Positions 9,267 to 23,068 of a stretch of 64,000 bases of DNA are shown here, piece after piece (position 1 is the stretch's first letter; every line of letters starts with the position of its first letter). The notes beneath the pieces were generated by a model. That model saw only the letters and a list, made by a program, of their open reading frames with translations, was not told the origin of the DNA and ran no database searches. This DNA comes from an uncultured Alphaproteobacteria bacterium (GTDB lineage: Bacteria > Pseudomonadota > Alphaproteobacteria > RF32 > CAG-239): NCBI GenBank assembly GCA_944391495.1, contig CALXTU010000005.1, forward strand, positions 8,565 to 72,564, in the 5' to 3' direction. A program made the position numbers and the translations under genes.

Positions 9267-10346
9267 ATGGAAAAAATTAAAAGAATAGGAATTCTGACCT
9301 CTGGCGGCGATTGTGCCGGTTTAAATGCCGTGATCAGCGCGGTTGTTGCCGCTGCCGGCAAAAAAGGCTGGGAAGTTTACGGCATTCACGACGGCACCGA
9401 AGGCATTACCGAAAAACCGCACCGTTATGAAGTTTTAACCGTCAAAAATTTCAGCGACTCCCCCTGGCCCAGACTCAGCGGTTCATACCTCGGTTCCCTC
9501 AACAAAGGAATGCGCGTCGAATCCCTGGAGGAAGTTTCCAAACGCTTTGCTATCGGCGTTAAAGAACTTGGCCTGGACGCGATTGTGGTTGTCGGCGGCG
9601 ACGGCAGCATGAACATCGTATCCAATATGTGCAAAGGCTCACTGGTCAAAATTATCGGTATTCCCAAAACCATTGACAACGATACGCCGATTACCGAATT
9701 TTCCGTCGGTTTCCAGACCGCCGTTCAGTTTTGCACCACGGCCATCGACAGCATTGAGCTGACTGCCCGTTCGCACAACCGCGCCATGATTGTCGAGGTT
9801 ATGGGACGCGATGCCGGGCATCTGGCGCTTCACTCTGCTCTGGCCGGCAATGCCGATGTCTGCCTCATTCCCGAAATTCCCTACACTTTGGACGGTATTA
9901 TCAATAAACTGAAAGAAATTAAGGCTCGTGGCCGCAATCACGCCGTTATCGTCGTCTCGGAAGGCTTAAAAACCGAAACCGGTGCTGCCGTAACCAGCAG
10001 CAAAAATATGGTCGGCGAAATGATTTATGGCGGCATCGGCCAGTATTTGTGCGGTGAAATCAGCCGGCGCTATAACGAATTCCAATTCCGGGTCACCACC
10101 CTCGGCCACTTGCAGCGTTCGGGCGTTCCGGTTGCGTTTGACCGCCTGTTGGCTTCGCTTTTCGGCGCCAAGGCGGTAGACCTTTTGGCCAACGGCGAAG
10201 ACAACAAAATGGTTGTCTGGAAAAACGGCGAAGTAACCGCCGTCAACCTGCCCGAGGTTGTCAAAGCCGGTACCACTTTGGTTGACACCAAAGGAAAATA
10301 TGTCAAGACAGCTAAGGATCTCGGCATTTACATCGGTGAAATCTGA
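9267..10346 (+). CDS. pfkA: ATP-dependent 6-phosphofructokinase
   Basis: TSGGDCAGLN, GGDGS, PKTIDND, EVMGRDAG, LGHLQR. Confidence 0.93.
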   Translation: MEKIKRIGILTSGGDCAGLNAVISAVVAAAGKKGWEVYGIHDGTEGITEKPHRYEVLTVKNFSDSPWPRLSGSYLGSLNKGMRVESLEEVSKRFAIGVKELGLDAIVVVGGDGSMNIVSNMCKGSLVKIIGIPKTIDNDTPITEFSVGFQTAVQFCTTAIDSIELTARSHNRAMIVEVMGRDAGHLALHSALAGNADVCLIPEIPYTLDGIINKLKEIKARGRNHAVIVVSEGLKTETGAAVTSSKNMVGEMIYGGIGQYLCGEISRRYNEFQFRVTTLGHLQRSGVPVAFDRLLASLFGAKAVDLLANGEDNKMVVWKNGEVTAVNLPEVVKAGTTLVDTKGKYVKTAKDLGIYIGEI

Positions 10347-10505
10347 TACAACCGGAATTTTTTGCTTACTTTTCCCCCTGTCCTAAAGGATAGGGGGTTT
10401 CTTTTTTACCTTCGGTTGAAAGCCCGCAGACAATGCTTACGTATTAGAACAGCTTGATAATAAAGCTGTTCTAACCATTTTACTTTAACCATTTTCTCAG
10501 GAGAT

Positions 10506-11096
10506 ATGAATATGACCGAAGGTGTTCGTTACCCGACTTTTGCATTCATTACCGGCGGTGCCGGCCAGGCTGACGACGGTATTCCGCCGCAGCCGTTTGA
10601 AACTTTTTGCTACGATTCGGCCTTAATGCAGGCCAGAATCGAAAATTTCAACGTCGTTCCCTACACTTCCGTCCTGCCCAAAGAGCTTTTCGGCAAAATC
10701 GTCCCGCTCAATGACGATATTGTCAAACAATTCAAACACGGCGCCGTGCTTGAAGTCATCATGGCAGGCAACGGCGCCAGCCGCGATGACCACAAAGCCA
10801 TTGCCACCGGTTTGGGCGTCTGCTGGGGCAAAGACAAAAACGGCGAACTCATCGGCGGCTGGGCAGCCGAATATGTTGAATATTTTGACACCTTTATTGA
10901 TGACGAAATTGCCAAGGGCCATGCCGAAATGTGGCTCAACAAATCCCTAAAACACGAACTGGAAATCCGCGGTGTTGAAAAACATTCGGATTTTCAGATG
11001 TGGCATAACTTTGTCAATATCAAACAGCAGTTCGGCTACAGCTTGACCGCTATGGGCTTTTTGAACTTTGATCATGCCCCGGCGGCGCAGATTTAA
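10506..11096 (+). CDS. aaxB: Pyruvoyl-dependent arginine decarboxylase (Chlamydia AaxB type)
   Basis: [46 protein letters not shown]; Thr-Ser self-cleavage site; [19 protein letters not shown]. Confidence 0.9.
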   Translation: MNMTEGVRYPTFAFITGGAGQADDGIPPQPFETFCYDSALMQARIENFNVVPYTSVLPKELFGKIVPLNDDIVKQFKHGAVLEVIMAGNGASRDDHKAIATGLGVCWGKDKNGELIGGWAAEYVEYFDTFIDDEIAKGHAEMWLNKSLKHELEIRGVEKHSDFQMWHNFVNIKQQFGYSLTAMGFLNFDHAPAAQI

Positions 11097-11167
11097 TTTT
11101 TTCCGACAACCGGTGTCTCGGAGCGGCTTGTCCGTTCCGGGACATATTAATATAAGGAAATAGCAAG

Positions 11168-12643
11168 ATGAAACAAACAAAACCTTCTCCGACAACCGCT
11201 TCGGGCAACCCGAACGGCTTGGGCGTTTTGGCGCTGGCGGCCATTGTTGTCAGCTCGATGCTGGGTGGCGGCATTTATTCGCTGCCGCAGAATATGGCTG
11301 CCGGCGCTTCGGCCGGTGCGGTGCTTCTGGCCTGGGTTATTACCGGCCTCGGTATTTACTTCATTGCCCGTACGTTTTCCATTCTGTCAATGGCCAAACC
11401 GGATCTGACAACCGGAATTTACTCATACAGCCGCGCCGGATTCGGTCCTTATACCGGTTTTACCATCGGCTGGTCATACTGGCTGTGTCAAGTCTGCGGC
11501 AATGTCGGTTATGCCGTCATTACCATGGACGCTCTCAACTACTTTTTCCCGCCGCATTTTGCCGGCGGCAACAACCTTCCCTCCATTATCGGCGGCTCAA
11601 TCATTATCTGGGGTTTCAACTTCCTGGTATTGCGGGGCGTTCGCCAGGCCAGTGTCGTCAACACCATCGGCACCATAATCAAGATTGTTCCCCTGCTGTT
11701 GTTCATTTTAATCATGGCTTTTATGTTTCATTTTGACAAATTTGACCTTGATTTCTGGGGCGAAGCCGTGGCAGCCAAAGCCAAACTCGGTGATTTAAGC
11801 ACTCAGATTAAAAGCACCATGCTGGTTACCCTTTGGGCCTTCATCGGTATTGAAGGCGCCGTTGTCATGTCTAACCGCGCCAAATCAGCTTCCGATATCG
11901 GACCGGCAACCATTTTGGGCTTTTTGAGCTGTTTGGCTATTTATCTGTTGTTGTCACTGCTGCCCTTCGGCTATATGTCTCAGGCCGAACTTGCTGCTGT
12001 GGCCAACCCGTCAACCGCCGGTATTCTGGAAAAAGCCGTCGGCCCGTGGGGCGCCTGGGTTATGAACATCGGCCTGGTCATTTCGGTATTGACCAGCTGG
12101 CTGGCCTGGACCATGGTTACGGCACAGATTCCGCAGGCCGCGGCTCAAGACGGCACTTTTCCCAAGGCCTTTGCCAAAGAAAACAAAAACGAGGCGCCGT
12201 CCGTATCTCTGATTGTAACATCAAGCGCCATGCAGCTGTTCCTTTTGCTGGTCTATTTTTCCACCAACGCCTGGAACACCATGCTGTCAATCACCAGCGT
12301 CATGGTCCTGCCGGCCTACTTCGCTTCCTGCGCCTATTTGTGGAAACTCTGCGAGGACGGTGAATTTCCGAACAATCTGATTTACAAACGGTCCGGCGCG
12401 TTGTTTACCGCCATTTTGGGCGCTGTTTATGCCCTGTGGCTGATTTATGCCGCCGGTCTTAAATACCTGATGCTGGCCGTTATCATCATAGCCTTGGGAA
12501 TTCCCGTATACATCTGGGCCCGGCGTGAGAATGCCCCCGGACAACGGATATTCTCGCATCGGGAATGTGCTTTTGCCGTTATTCTGATTATTATTGCCCT
12601 GGCGGCGCTGTATGCACTCCTCCGCGGTTTGGTCCAAATTTAA
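11168..12643 (+). CDS. aaxC: Arginine/agmatine antiporter (APC family)
   Basis: SSMLGGGIYSLPQNMA, MLVTLWAFIGIEGAVV; about 12 TMs; follows aaxB. Confidence 0.85.
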   Translation: MKQTKPSPTTASGNPNGLGVLALAAIVVSSMLGGGIYSLPQNMAAGASAGAVLLAWVITGLGIYFIARTFSILSMAKPDLTTGIYSYSRAGFGPYTGFTIGWSYWLCQVCGNVGYAVITMDALNYFFPPHFAGGNNLPSIIGGSIIIWGFNFLVLRGVRQASVVNTIGTIIKIVPLLLFILIMAFMFHFDKFDLDFWGEAVAAKAKLGDLSTQIKSTMLVTLWAFIGIEGAVVMSNRAKSASDIGPATILGFLSCLAIYLLLSLLPFGYMSQAELAAVANPSTAGILEKAVGPWGAWVMNIGLVISVLTSWLAWTMVTAQIPQAAAQDGTFPKAFAKENKNEAPSVSLIVTSSAMQLFLLLVYFSTNAWNTMLSITSVMVLPAYFASCAYLWKLCEDGEFPNNLIYKRSGALFTAILGAVYALWLIYAAGLKYLMLAVIIIALGIPVYIWARRENAPGQRIFSHRECAFAVILIIIALAALYALLRGLVQI

Positions 12644-12692
12644 ATACGCGGATTGCCAAATAAAACCTCTCCGTTCGGGAGAGGTTTTATTT

Positions 12693-13208
12693 TTACCATT
12701 TATTATAATGAATCTTTTCCGGCTTAAACCGGTCTTTCGGCTGCGGCGGTGTTTTGACCGGATACCCGACAACCACCAGAGCATTGGGTTTGACATTTTC
12801 CGGCAGCCCCAACAAATTTTGAAACTTCTTCATTCTGTCCTCATAAGGATAAATCGCACACCAGCAGCCGCCCAGTCCTTTGCCGTGAATAGCCAGCAAA
12901 AGGTTTTCAACCGCTGCCGACGTATCGACAATCCAGAAATTATCTTCCAACTGTTGTTTGGTATCGCCGCAAACCACGATTGCCGCCGATGCATCTTTCA
13001 GGAATGAAGCGTACGGATGAATCTGCGTAATTTTTTCCTTTAATGCCTCGTCTTCAACCACGACAAATTCCCACGGCTGTTTATTGCAGCCCGAAGGCGC
13101 ATACATGGCAATTTTCAACAAATCTTCCATATCGCCGTGCGGTATCGTCCGTCCTTTTTCAAATTGCCTTACCGAACGTCTGGTCAAAAGCCCTGCTTCC
13201 AAAAACAT
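12693..13208 (-). CDS. Nitroreductase family protein
   Basis: TRRSVRQF, APSGCNKQPWEFVVV, GLGGCW. Confidence 0.92.
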   Translation of the reverse strand: MFLEAGLLTRRSVRQFEKGRTIPHGDMEDLLKIAMYAPSGCNKQPWEFVVVEDEALKEKITQIHPYASFLKDASAAIVVCGDTKQQLEDNFWIVDTSAAVENLLLAIHGKGLGGCWCAIYPYEDRMKKFQNLLGLPENVKPNALVVVGYPVKTPPQPKDRFKPEKIHYNKW

Positions 13209-13727
13209 TTAAGCCTCCTTTTCTTCGTTAGAAGAATTTTCTTTATTATGCTGTTTGAGTTCCTCAATCTCAGCTTTTATGTCCGCAACAATCTCTTCAT
13301 GAGTTTTCGGCACCCCGGATTTATCGGAAAATAGATTGAGCGTCCGCAGATACCGCCGCCGAATACCGCGCAGATAATCCAAAATCATCTGATAGAACAA
13401 ACGATCTTGTTCATTTTCAGCCGCCTCTACCCGTTTTTTGGCCATATGCGGATTAATGTCGTCAAACGGCAATATACCTTGTATCATGACCTTGCAGTTA
13501 TTGTCCGCAATCTCGGCAACGCCCGACTGAACAAAATAGCGCTGTTTCAAAGAACCGTTGGCATTCAAAATCTGCAACACCCCGAAATCCAACACAAAAA
13601 TACTTGGTGCTCTGTCAGGCAGAATGTTGACATCAGCCCGTACCGCCGGCAAAATCACACTGGCGACATTTTCTTTCAAATATACCCTGTCGGGAACGGC
13701 AACGGTCAAATGAACACTTTTTTCCAT
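13209..13727 (-). CDS. atpC: F1 ATP synthase epsilon subunit (divergent, C-terminally extended)
   Basis: Last atp gene; beta-sandwich pattern LTVAVPDR..V.SVILP...ILPDRAP...FVQSGVAEI. Confidence 0.8.
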   Translation of the reverse strand: MEKSVHLTVAVPDRVYLKENVASVILPAVRADVNILPDRAPSIFVLDFGVLQILNANGSLKQRYFVQSGVAEIADNNCKVMIQGILPFDDINPHMAKKRVEAAENEQDRLFYQMILDYLRGIRRRYLRTLNLFSDKSGVPKTHEEIVADIKAEIEELKQHNKENSSNEEKEA

Positions 13728-13746
13728 CAAACAATCCTTTTATATT

Positions 13747-15333
<1,587 letters not shown>

Positions 15334-15343
15334 TCACAAAAAA

Positions 15344-16258
15344 TTATAAAGCTTCCGCGCCCGAAATAATTTCAATAAGCTCGGTCGTAATCGCGCCCTG
15401 ACGCAGCCTGTTATACTTAAGCGTCAGTTTACCGACCATATCGTCGGCATTGCGGGTTGCATTATCCATTGACGTCATCCGGGCGCCCTGCTCGCTGGCC
15501 TGAGAATTCAAGAACATCCGAAATACTTCGGCAACGGCCAGCATAAATAAGACATCGGTAAACACTTTTTCCGCAGGGGCGTCATATTCAAAAAACGCAT
15601 TACCTGATTTATCATCATAACGCGGATCATCAACATCTATTTCCGGCATAAAGGGCAACAGCCGATAATTTCTGACTTCCCGGTTAATGGCCGAATTAAA
15701 ATGCGTATAAATAACTTCGCACACATCAAACTCATCAACCATATATGCCGCAACCAAAGGCTCGATAAAACGTTCAATTTCTTTATAGTCGGCACCTTTT
15801 CCGCCAATTCCCGTCAAGACATCGGCCACAACGCCGGGATTCCGATGTCTGAGGGCATCGCCGATTTTTTTACCGACGCACAACACCTTCACTTTTTTGC
15901 CGTCCCGCTGCAATTCCGCTACTCGGTGCAACGTTTCCCGCAACACATAGCTGTTGTAACTGCCGCAAAGCCCCCGATCAGAAGAAAAAACGACCAGCAG
16001 ATAATTTTCCGGTTGCTCTTTTCCCTGCATAATCAACGGATAATTATAGCGAACGCCGGTCTGTTTTTCCGTATTTCTGATCTGTCTGTACAGTCTTCCG
16101 GTAATGGTCAGAAGCCCGTCGTAATAGCTCTGGGACTTGCCCAAAACATCTTGTGCCCGCCGCAAACGGGCAGCAGCAACCATCTTCATCGCCGAAGTTA
16201 TCTTCTGCGTTGATTTGATGCTCTCAATACGGGTCCGTAGTTCTTTCAAACCTGCCAT
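15344..16258 (-). CDS. atpG: F1 ATP synthase gamma subunit
   Basis: KITSAMKMVAA, SDRGLCG, RQGAITTELIEIISGAEAL. Confidence 0.97.
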   Translation of the reverse strand: MAGLKELRTRIESIKSTQKITSAMKMVAAARLRRAQDVLGKSQSYYDGLLTITGRLYRQIRNTEKQTGVRYNYPLIMQGKEQPENYLLVVFSSDRGLCGSYNSYVLRETLHRVAELQRDGKKVKVLCVGKKIGDALRHRNPGVVADVLTGIGGKGADYKEIERFIEPLVAAYMVDEFDVCEVIYTHFNSAINREVRNYRLLPFMPEIDVDDPRYDDKSGNAFFEYDAPAEKVFTDVLFMLAVAEVFRMFLNSQASEQGARMTSMDNATRNADDMVGKLTLKYNRLRQGAITTELIEIISGAEAL

Positions 16259-16269
16259 TTATCTAAATC

Positions 16270-18383
<2,114 letters not shown>

Positions 18384-18492
18384 GTTTAAACACCCTCTTC
18401 ATTCAATCTGACAAGCATCATAAGTTCAATTAGTTTCTAATTTATTAATACATTCGCTTTATTACAAGTTTTCGCTTCATCTTTTTAACAAC

Positions 18493-20685
18493 TCAAAAGA
18501 ACGAATACGGATCTATATCCACCTCCACTCTCACTGTCGACGGAACTTCGACACGTTTCAGCCATTTTTGCACGACATCTTGTATTTTAATGCTTTTATC
18601 CGTCTTCAAAAGCAGTCTGTAACGATATTTGCCGCGCAAGACGAATATCGGTGCCGGCGCCGGCCCCAATGTTGACACCTTATCGTCATTAAACGCAGAC
18701 TGCCCCAGCAAAACGGCCGTTTTTTCAACCTTATCCCGCTGCGTACCCGACACGATAACCGCCGCCAATTTGCCGAAAGGCGGCATTTTGAGAATTCGCC
18801 GGCTTTGTTTTTCCAAAGCATAAAATTCTTCACTGTTTCCGCTGACCAGCGCCTGTAAAACCGCATTTTCGGGATAAAGCGTTTGCAGATAAACCTCTCC
18901 TTTTTTGGCTCCCCGTCCGGCACGGCCGGATACCTGCGACAAAAGCTGATAGGTTCTCTCTGCTGCCCGCAGATCGCTGCCCATCAAACCCAAATCGGCA
19001 TCAACGATTCCCACCAGCGTCAACGCCGGAAAATGATGTCCTTTGGCCAGTATCTGCGTCCCGATAAGAATATCGATTTCACCATTCTCCATTTCTTTAA
19101 TAATCTTTTGTATATCTTTAAAATTCTTAATAAAATCCGACGACAAGATTTTGGTTCTGGCCAGCGGGAACCTGTATTTTACTTCCTCGGCGATTCTCTC
19201 GACCCCGGGACCGCAGGCCGTCAGTCCGCTCTCCGAATGACATTCGGGACATTCTTTTGGAATATTTGTCATATAACCGCAGTGATGACAAACCAGTTTT
19301 CCCGCCGCCAGATGTTCGGTCAGCCAGGCGGTACAGTTCGGGCATTGAATCCGATGTCCGCAGTCGCGGCAGATAACCAGCGGCGCATAGCCTCTTCTGT
19401 TTAAAAACAATATGCTCTGCCCGCCGTCTTCATAATTTGCTTTAATTTTTTCACAAAGCTGTGGCGACAACCACGACATTCCCCAGGAACCCTTAACCGG
19501 TTTATCTTTTTTCAAATCAATAATTTTTATTTCCGGCAGCTGCGCAGCAGCAAAGCGGGATTTGAGGCAGACCTGATCATATTTGCCGTCATCAACATTG
19601 CAAATTGTTTCCAAATCCGGCGTTGCCGTCGACAAAATTATCGGAATCTGTTCGCATTTGGCGCGGACAACCGCCATATCGCGCCCCTGATAATTAACCG
19701 TATCTTCCTGTTTAAATGAGGCATCATGACTTTCATCAACAACAATCAGCCCCAAATCGGGATACGGCAAAAACAATGCCGACCGGGCACCGATGATAAT
19801 TTTGGCCTCTCCGCTGACCGCGGCTTTCCAGGTATCCGTTCTTTCTTTGTCGCTTAAAGCCGAGTGCCACTCTGCCGGCCGCACGCCGAATCTTTTTTCA
19901 AAACGCTTCAGCCATTGTGCCGTCAGACCGATTTCCGGTACCATGATTAAAACCTGCCGGCCGGCGGCAAAAGCCCTTTCCACCGCTTCAAAATAAACCT
20001 CAGTTTTACCCGAACCGGTAACGCCGTTCAGCAGCGTAACATTAAAGCCTTGACCTATTTTGCGGCACAATATGTCTGCCGCCGCCCGCTGTTCCGCCGT
20101 CAGCTGCACTTTATGAAAACCGCAGACAGGCGCCTGATATTCTTTTTTCTGCTCCACCAAAACTTCGCGCAACACACCGGCATCAATCAGGGTTTTGATG
20201 ACGGATTGTGACACCCCGGCGCCGGCGGCAATCTCTCGCCGGTTAAAAGGTGCAAATTTTAAAAAGTCCATCACCCGCCAGCGGGCATCGGAGTTTTTAA
20301 GCTTGGCTTCACTGAGACTCTTGCCGGACAGTTCGTATAGTTTAAGCATCTTCGGATCATCAAAAACCTGCCGGACACTCAAAGCCATCTTCAAAACCAG
20401 CCCCAAAAAAGCCATATTGTAAGAGGCCGTAAATTCAATAAATTTACGCATACTGTCCTTGAGCGGCGGATAAGGAACAACCTCAATAACCGCCTTGATT
20501 TTTCGGCTGTCCAAAAGACTTTTTTTACCGGTTTCCCAAACGGCGCCGACAACGGTTTCCCGCCCGAAAGGCACTCTCACCAGTGCCCCCGGACGAATGT
20601 CCGCGGCGGCATAATAATCAAACGGTTCATTGAACGGCAGTGGCAAAAGCACGCCGACAACCTGCATTTCTTCTTTCTTTTCCAT
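18493..20685 (-). CDS. priA: Primosomal protein N'
   Basis: GVTGSGKTEVY, VVDESHD, CRDC..CPNC..CHHC..CPEC zinc knuckles. Confidence 0.97.
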   Translation of the reverse strand: MEKKEEMQVVGVLLPLPFNEPFDYYAAADIRPGALVRVPFGRETVVGAVWETGKKSLLDSRKIKAVIEVVPYPPLKDSMRKFIEFTASYNMAFLGLVLKMALSVRQVFDDPKMLKLYELSGKSLSEAKLKNSDARWRVMDFLKFAPFNRREIAAGAGVSQSVIKTLIDAGVLREVLVEQKKEYQAPVCGFHKVQLTAEQRAAADILCRKIGQGFNVTLLNGVTGSGKTEVYFEAVERAFAAGRQVLIMVPEIGLTAQWLKRFEKRFGVRPAEWHSALSDKERTDTWKAAVSGEAKIIIGARSALFLPYPDLGLIVVDESHDASFKQEDTVNYQGRDMAVVRAKCEQIPIILSTATPDLETICNVDDGKYDQVCLKSRFAAAQLPEIKIIDLKKDKPVKGSWGMSWLSPQLCEKIKANYEDGGQSILFLNRRGYAPLVICRDCGHRIQCPNCTAWLTEHLAAGKLVCHHCGYMTNIPKECPECHSESGLTACGPGVERIAEEVKYRFPLARTKILSSDFIKNFKDIQKIIKEMENGEIDILIGTQILAKGHHFPALTLVGIVDADLGLMGSDLRAAERTYQLLSQVSGRAGRGAKKGEVYLQTLYPENAVLQALVSGNSEEFYALEKQSRRILKMPPFGKLAAVIVSGTQRDKVEKTAVLLGQSAFNDDKVSTLGPAPAPIFVLRGKYRYRLLLKTDKSIKIQDVVQKWLKRVEVPSTVRVEVDIDPYSFF

Positions 20686-20798
20686 GGCGCCTAGCATATC
20701 ATTTTTTCGCTTTATCTCAAATTTTCATTCCCATTTACGCACAAAAAACCACCTCTGCGGCAAGAGTTTATTAAATATTTTATGCTTTTAATAGTTAT

Positions 20799-21737
20799 AT
20801 GAAACAGGAAATCAAATATGAAGCCTCTGCCGAAGTAACGGCGCTGATTAACGACTGGCGGCAGTGGCTTGCCGGTGAAAAAGGCTGTTCCGTCCATACT
20901 CTGGATGCATATGCCCGGGATCTTTCGTTTTTTTTCACTTTTTGGAACAATTATCTCGGCGCTTTGCCGCGGCTTGATGATCTCAAACAAATTGATGTTC
21001 GGACTTTTCGCGCCTTTTTAAGCACCCGCAGTCAAAAGCACCTGAGCAAGACGTCAATATCCCGCGAGTTGTCGGCAATTAAAAGTTTTTTCAAATGGCT
21101 CAACCGCCGGCACATCATTACCAATACCGCCATTACAATTATCTCTTCACCCAAAAAAGATAAAATTCTGCCCAAAGCTTTGGACGTTGACCAGACTTTT
21201 GAAGTGCTTGACGCCGCCGGAGATTTTGCCAAAACAGAGTGGCAGGGGCTTAGAGATGTCGCCATTTTGACAATACTTTACGGATGCGGTTTGCGAATTT
21301 CTGAAGCCCTGTCACTCAATGTCGGTGATATCAACCATAACGATTTCCTCAAAATACGCGGCAAAGGCAATAAAGAACGGCTGGTGCCGCTCCTGCCCGC
21401 TGTTAAAGAAAAAATCGCCGCCTACCAGCAGGCCTGCCCCTATCATCAGCAACAAGGAGACGCTCTGTTTTTAGGGGCAAGAGGCGAGCGTCTTTCTCCG
21501 CGGATTATCCAGCGAAATTTGGAAAAGCTCAGAAACGCTCTGAGTCTGCCTGACAGCCTGACTCCTCATGCTCTGCGCCATTCTTTTGCCACTCACCTTT
21601 TGGCGGAAGGAACCAATTTGCGCTCCATTCAGGAATTATTGGGCCATGCGTCCCTTTCCACGACCCAGCGCTACACAAATGTTGAGATTGAGCACTTAAA
21701 AAAAGAATACCAAAAGGCACATCTGTTGGACGATTAA
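20799..21737 (+). CDS. xerC: Tyrosine recombinase XerC
   Basis: LYGCGLRISE, GKGNKER, HALRHSFATHLL, LLGHASLSTTQRY; divergent from priA as usual in alphaproteobacteria. Confidence 0.9.
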   Translation: MKQEIKYEASAEVTALINDWRQWLAGEKGCSVHTLDAYARDLSFFFTFWNNYLGALPRLDDLKQIDVRTFRAFLSTRSQKHLSKTSISRELSAIKSFFKWLNRRHIITNTAITIISSPKKDKILPKALDVDQTFEVLDAAGDFAKTEWQGLRDVAILTILYGCGLRISEALSLNVGDINHNDFLKIRGKGNKERLVPLLPAVKEKIAAYQQACPYHQQQGDALFLGARGERLSPRIIQRNLEKLRNALSLPDSLTPHALRHSFATHLLAEGTNLRSIQELLGHASLSTTQRYTNVEIEHLKKEYQKAHLLDD

Positions 21738-21831
21738 TTCCTTTTAAAGTCAGGATTGTACGGTCCTTTCGGCAACAAAAAAAACCGGCTCTTGTTCCGA
21801 ACCGGTTTCTCTTTAATCTCAAAAGAGTATC

Positions 21832-21999
21832 TTACTTCAGTTTTTTCTCAACGAACTCTTCGTGTTTCTTAGACTTCTTGTCATATTTCTTCAAAGTCAG
21901 TTTTTCCGGATGAGTTCTCGGATTTTTCTCAGCAAGATAAAATGTACCCGTACCGGCCGTACTTTCCAATTTTACTTTAACTTTTACTGCTTTCGCCAT
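21832..21999 (-). CDS. rpmG: 50S ribosomal protein L33 (Cys-less type)
   Basis: Not in ORF track; MAKAVKVKVKLESTAGTGTFYLAEKNPRTHPEKLTLKKYDKKSKKHEEFVEKKLK. Confidence 0.95.
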   Translation of the reverse strand: MAKAVKVKVKLESTAGTGTFYLAEKNPRTHPEKLTLKKYDKKSKKHEEFVEKKLK

Positions 22000-22081
22000 T
22001 TTTCATACTCTTAAATAAGGTTACAATTCAAAACATTTAGCGGTACTATACATTTTTTTTGACTTGTGTCAACCATAATTT

Positions 22082-23068
22082 TCAATTTTCGTAAATTTCC
22101 GGCAGTTTTTTATCCGGTGTAATACCTTTGCCGTTCAATTCCCGGCCGGATGGCGTCATAAAAAAGCCGCTGGTCACTGCCAAAACACTTCCGCCCGGCA
22201 GTATAATAAGCTTTTGAATACTGCCTTTGCCTTTGGTCTTGCTGCCGGCAATTTCGGCGCGTCCCTGCTCCTGTAGTGCCGCCGCCAAAACTTCCGCGGC
22301 CGAGGCCGTTTCCTCGTCAACCAGAACGGTTATCGGTTTGCCCTGCCATATATCTCCGGGATCCGCCGTATAATAGACTTCTTCATCTGCCGGCTTTCCC
22401 CTGACCGAAACCACGATTCCGCCGTCCAAAAACAATCCGGCAGCCTTAATTGCCTCGCCGAGCATACCGCCGGGACAGCCGCGCAAATCAAGCACCAGCT
22501 CTTCCGCCGAAGCGTATTCTGCAACCGATTTTTGCAGTTCTCTCAAAGTCTGTTTGTTAAACGCGCCGATTTTAATATACAAACTTTTGCCCTCCGGACG
22601 TGCGGCAAAAGTCCGTTGATTCCGCACCGGTACACCCTTGGCCTCATCCATGCTGCCGTAGAATTTGGAATCTTTATCCAAAATTCCGGACATTCCTTTA
22701 ACCAAAATATCCGCGGTTGCAAAATCATATTTTTCCGCCCGGCGGGAATTTTCAGCCGCTGCGGTAACAACGGCTTCGGTCAGTCGTCCCCAGGCCGCAG
22801 CATCTTGTCTGTCTTTTGGCTTACGAAGCACTTTAACGACTTTTCCCTGATAATACAGGGTGATTCGGTCTTTATCGTCACCAACGGTTAAACTTTTATC
22901 TGCCCGGCGCAGCGATTTTAAAGTGGCAATTGCCAACTCCTCCGGCGTTACTTCATAAACATACGCCTCCGGCACCTGCGTATATATCCGCTGCCAAAAA
23001 CCGGCATCTTCGGCATAAACATCGGTTCCGAACAACAGCAGCAAAAACAGCAGCCATATCTTTTTCAT
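22082..23068 (-). CDS. S41 (CtpA-like) peptidase, apparently lacking PDZ
   Basis: LDLRGCPGG, TASAAEV, G.KT.GKGSIQ, TPSGR; signal peptide. Confidence 0.85.
   Translation of the reverse strand: MKKIWLLFLLLLFGTDVYAEDAGFWQRIYTQVPEAYVYEVTPEELAIATLKSLRRADKSLTVGDDKDRITLYYQGKVVKVLRKPKDRQDAAAWGRLTEAVVTAAAENSRRAEKYDFATADILVKGMSGILDKDSKFYGSMDEAKGVPVRNQRTFAARPEGKSLYIKIGAFNKQTLRELQKSVAEYASAEELVLDLRGCPGGMLGEAIKAAGLFLDGGIVVSVRGKPADEEVYYTADPGDIWQGKPITVLVDEETASAAEVLAAALQEQGRAEIAGSKTKGKGSIQKLIILPGGSVLAVTSGFFMTPSGRELNGKGITPDKKLPEIYEN

Noticed and set aside
20799-21737. XerC as the invertase for the family sites
   Set aside because: It sits in the normal priA-divergent housekeeping position, and the sites do not resemble dif (GGTGCGCATAA-N6-TTATGTTAAAT). 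Not excluded, but unsupported.
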